Part shown: positions 38,789-39,159 of the stretch, piece by piece
Numbering within the stretch: the first letter of the stretch is position 1
How the letters are laid out: each line of letters begins with the position of its first letter
Assembly (NCBI GenBank): GCA_913050015.1
Contig: CAJXAZ010000003.1
Location: 1 to 39,159 of the forward strand
Reading direction: 5' to 3'
From: an uncultured Gammaproteobacteria bacterium
GTDB taxonomy: Bacteria > Pseudomonadota > Gammaproteobacteria > Magnimaribacterales > D2472
Length of the DNA: 39,159 nt
Program-made: the position numbers and the translations under genes
The notes under the pieces: model-generated
Seen by the model: only the letters and a program-made list of their open reading frames with translations
Database searches by the model: none
Told to the model about the DNA's origin: nothing

Positions 38789-39142
38789 CTATTCTAGCTC
38801 AATCTGTAAATTATCATTGTTCATGGATGAAATCTGAGTTTGAATCTCTCCAATTGTTTGATTTAGTTGTTTTTTATAATTATTAAGAGCTTGGACAGAA
38901 TCATCTATTAGCATAAGTTGGGTTTCTAGTGACTTTATAGTTCTTTGTATATCTTCCATCTCTTGACTGCCCTGAGAAATTTCTATTATTTGTAATTCAT
39001 TGCTCCTAATAGCTTGTTTATTAGATTTAATATTATTTAAAGATGATTGTGAGGTTATATTTAATTCTTTTGAGGCTTTTTCTAATTCCAATATTGCTCT
39101 GCTGAGTTTGGCAATATTTACCTTATTCTTCTTATTACTCAA
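38789..39142 (-). CDS. Hypothetical coiled-coil protein
   Basis: 117 aa, heptad-like Q/N/E/K/I/L-rich. TTG start with GGGA upstream; start uncertain near the window edge. Confidence 0.5.
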   Translation of the reverse strand: MSNKKNKVNIAKLSRAILELEKASKELNITSQSSLNNIKSNKQAIRSNELQIIEISQGSQEMEDIQRTIKSLETQLMLIDDSVQALNNYKKQLNQTIGEIQTQISSMNNDNLQIELE

Positions 39143-39159
39143 ATCCCAAAGCTTTCTAA

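Noticed and set aside
1-39159. CRISPR arrays, IS elements, prophage or defence genes
   Set aside because: No regularly spaced repeats and no transposase, integrase or phage-like ORFs; almost all DNA is explained by housekeeping genes.

Overview
AT-rich, very densely packed core-genome segment of a streamlined gammaproteobacterium. A SAR86-like marine lineage is my inference from gene content, gene order and the minimal intergenic DNA. Contents in order: oppA-like 5' end, ppiD-hupB-lon-clpX-clpP-tig, tRNA-His, an animal-type glutamate dehydrogenase, GST, trhO with abutting tRNA-Pro/tRNA-Arg, folD, gpsA, htpG, tRNA-Val/Asp, EamA, xseA-M23, tlpA/wrbA, sppA, hda, purMN, dcd-recR-dnaX-recX, an SLC17-like MFS transporter, a Xanthomonas-type arginine operon (argF'-argG-argB/NAGS-K-argC-argH), tRNA-Leu and three small hypothetical genes. 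No mobile element, CRISPR or rRNA was seen. The main discovery candidate is an unannotated ribosome-dependent transcription attenuator in front of the arg operon: a sigma70 promoter, a 14-16 aa leader peptide with tandem Arg codons (AGA-CGG), and mutually exclusive antiterminator and terminator hairpins. Also notable are an A10 slippage site in dnaX with stops within a few codons in both shifted frames (tau/gamma recoding), an acetylornithine-carbamoyltransferase pathway lacking argE in the operon, and many -10 boxes 6-9 nt upstream of start codons, suggesting leaderless mRNAs.
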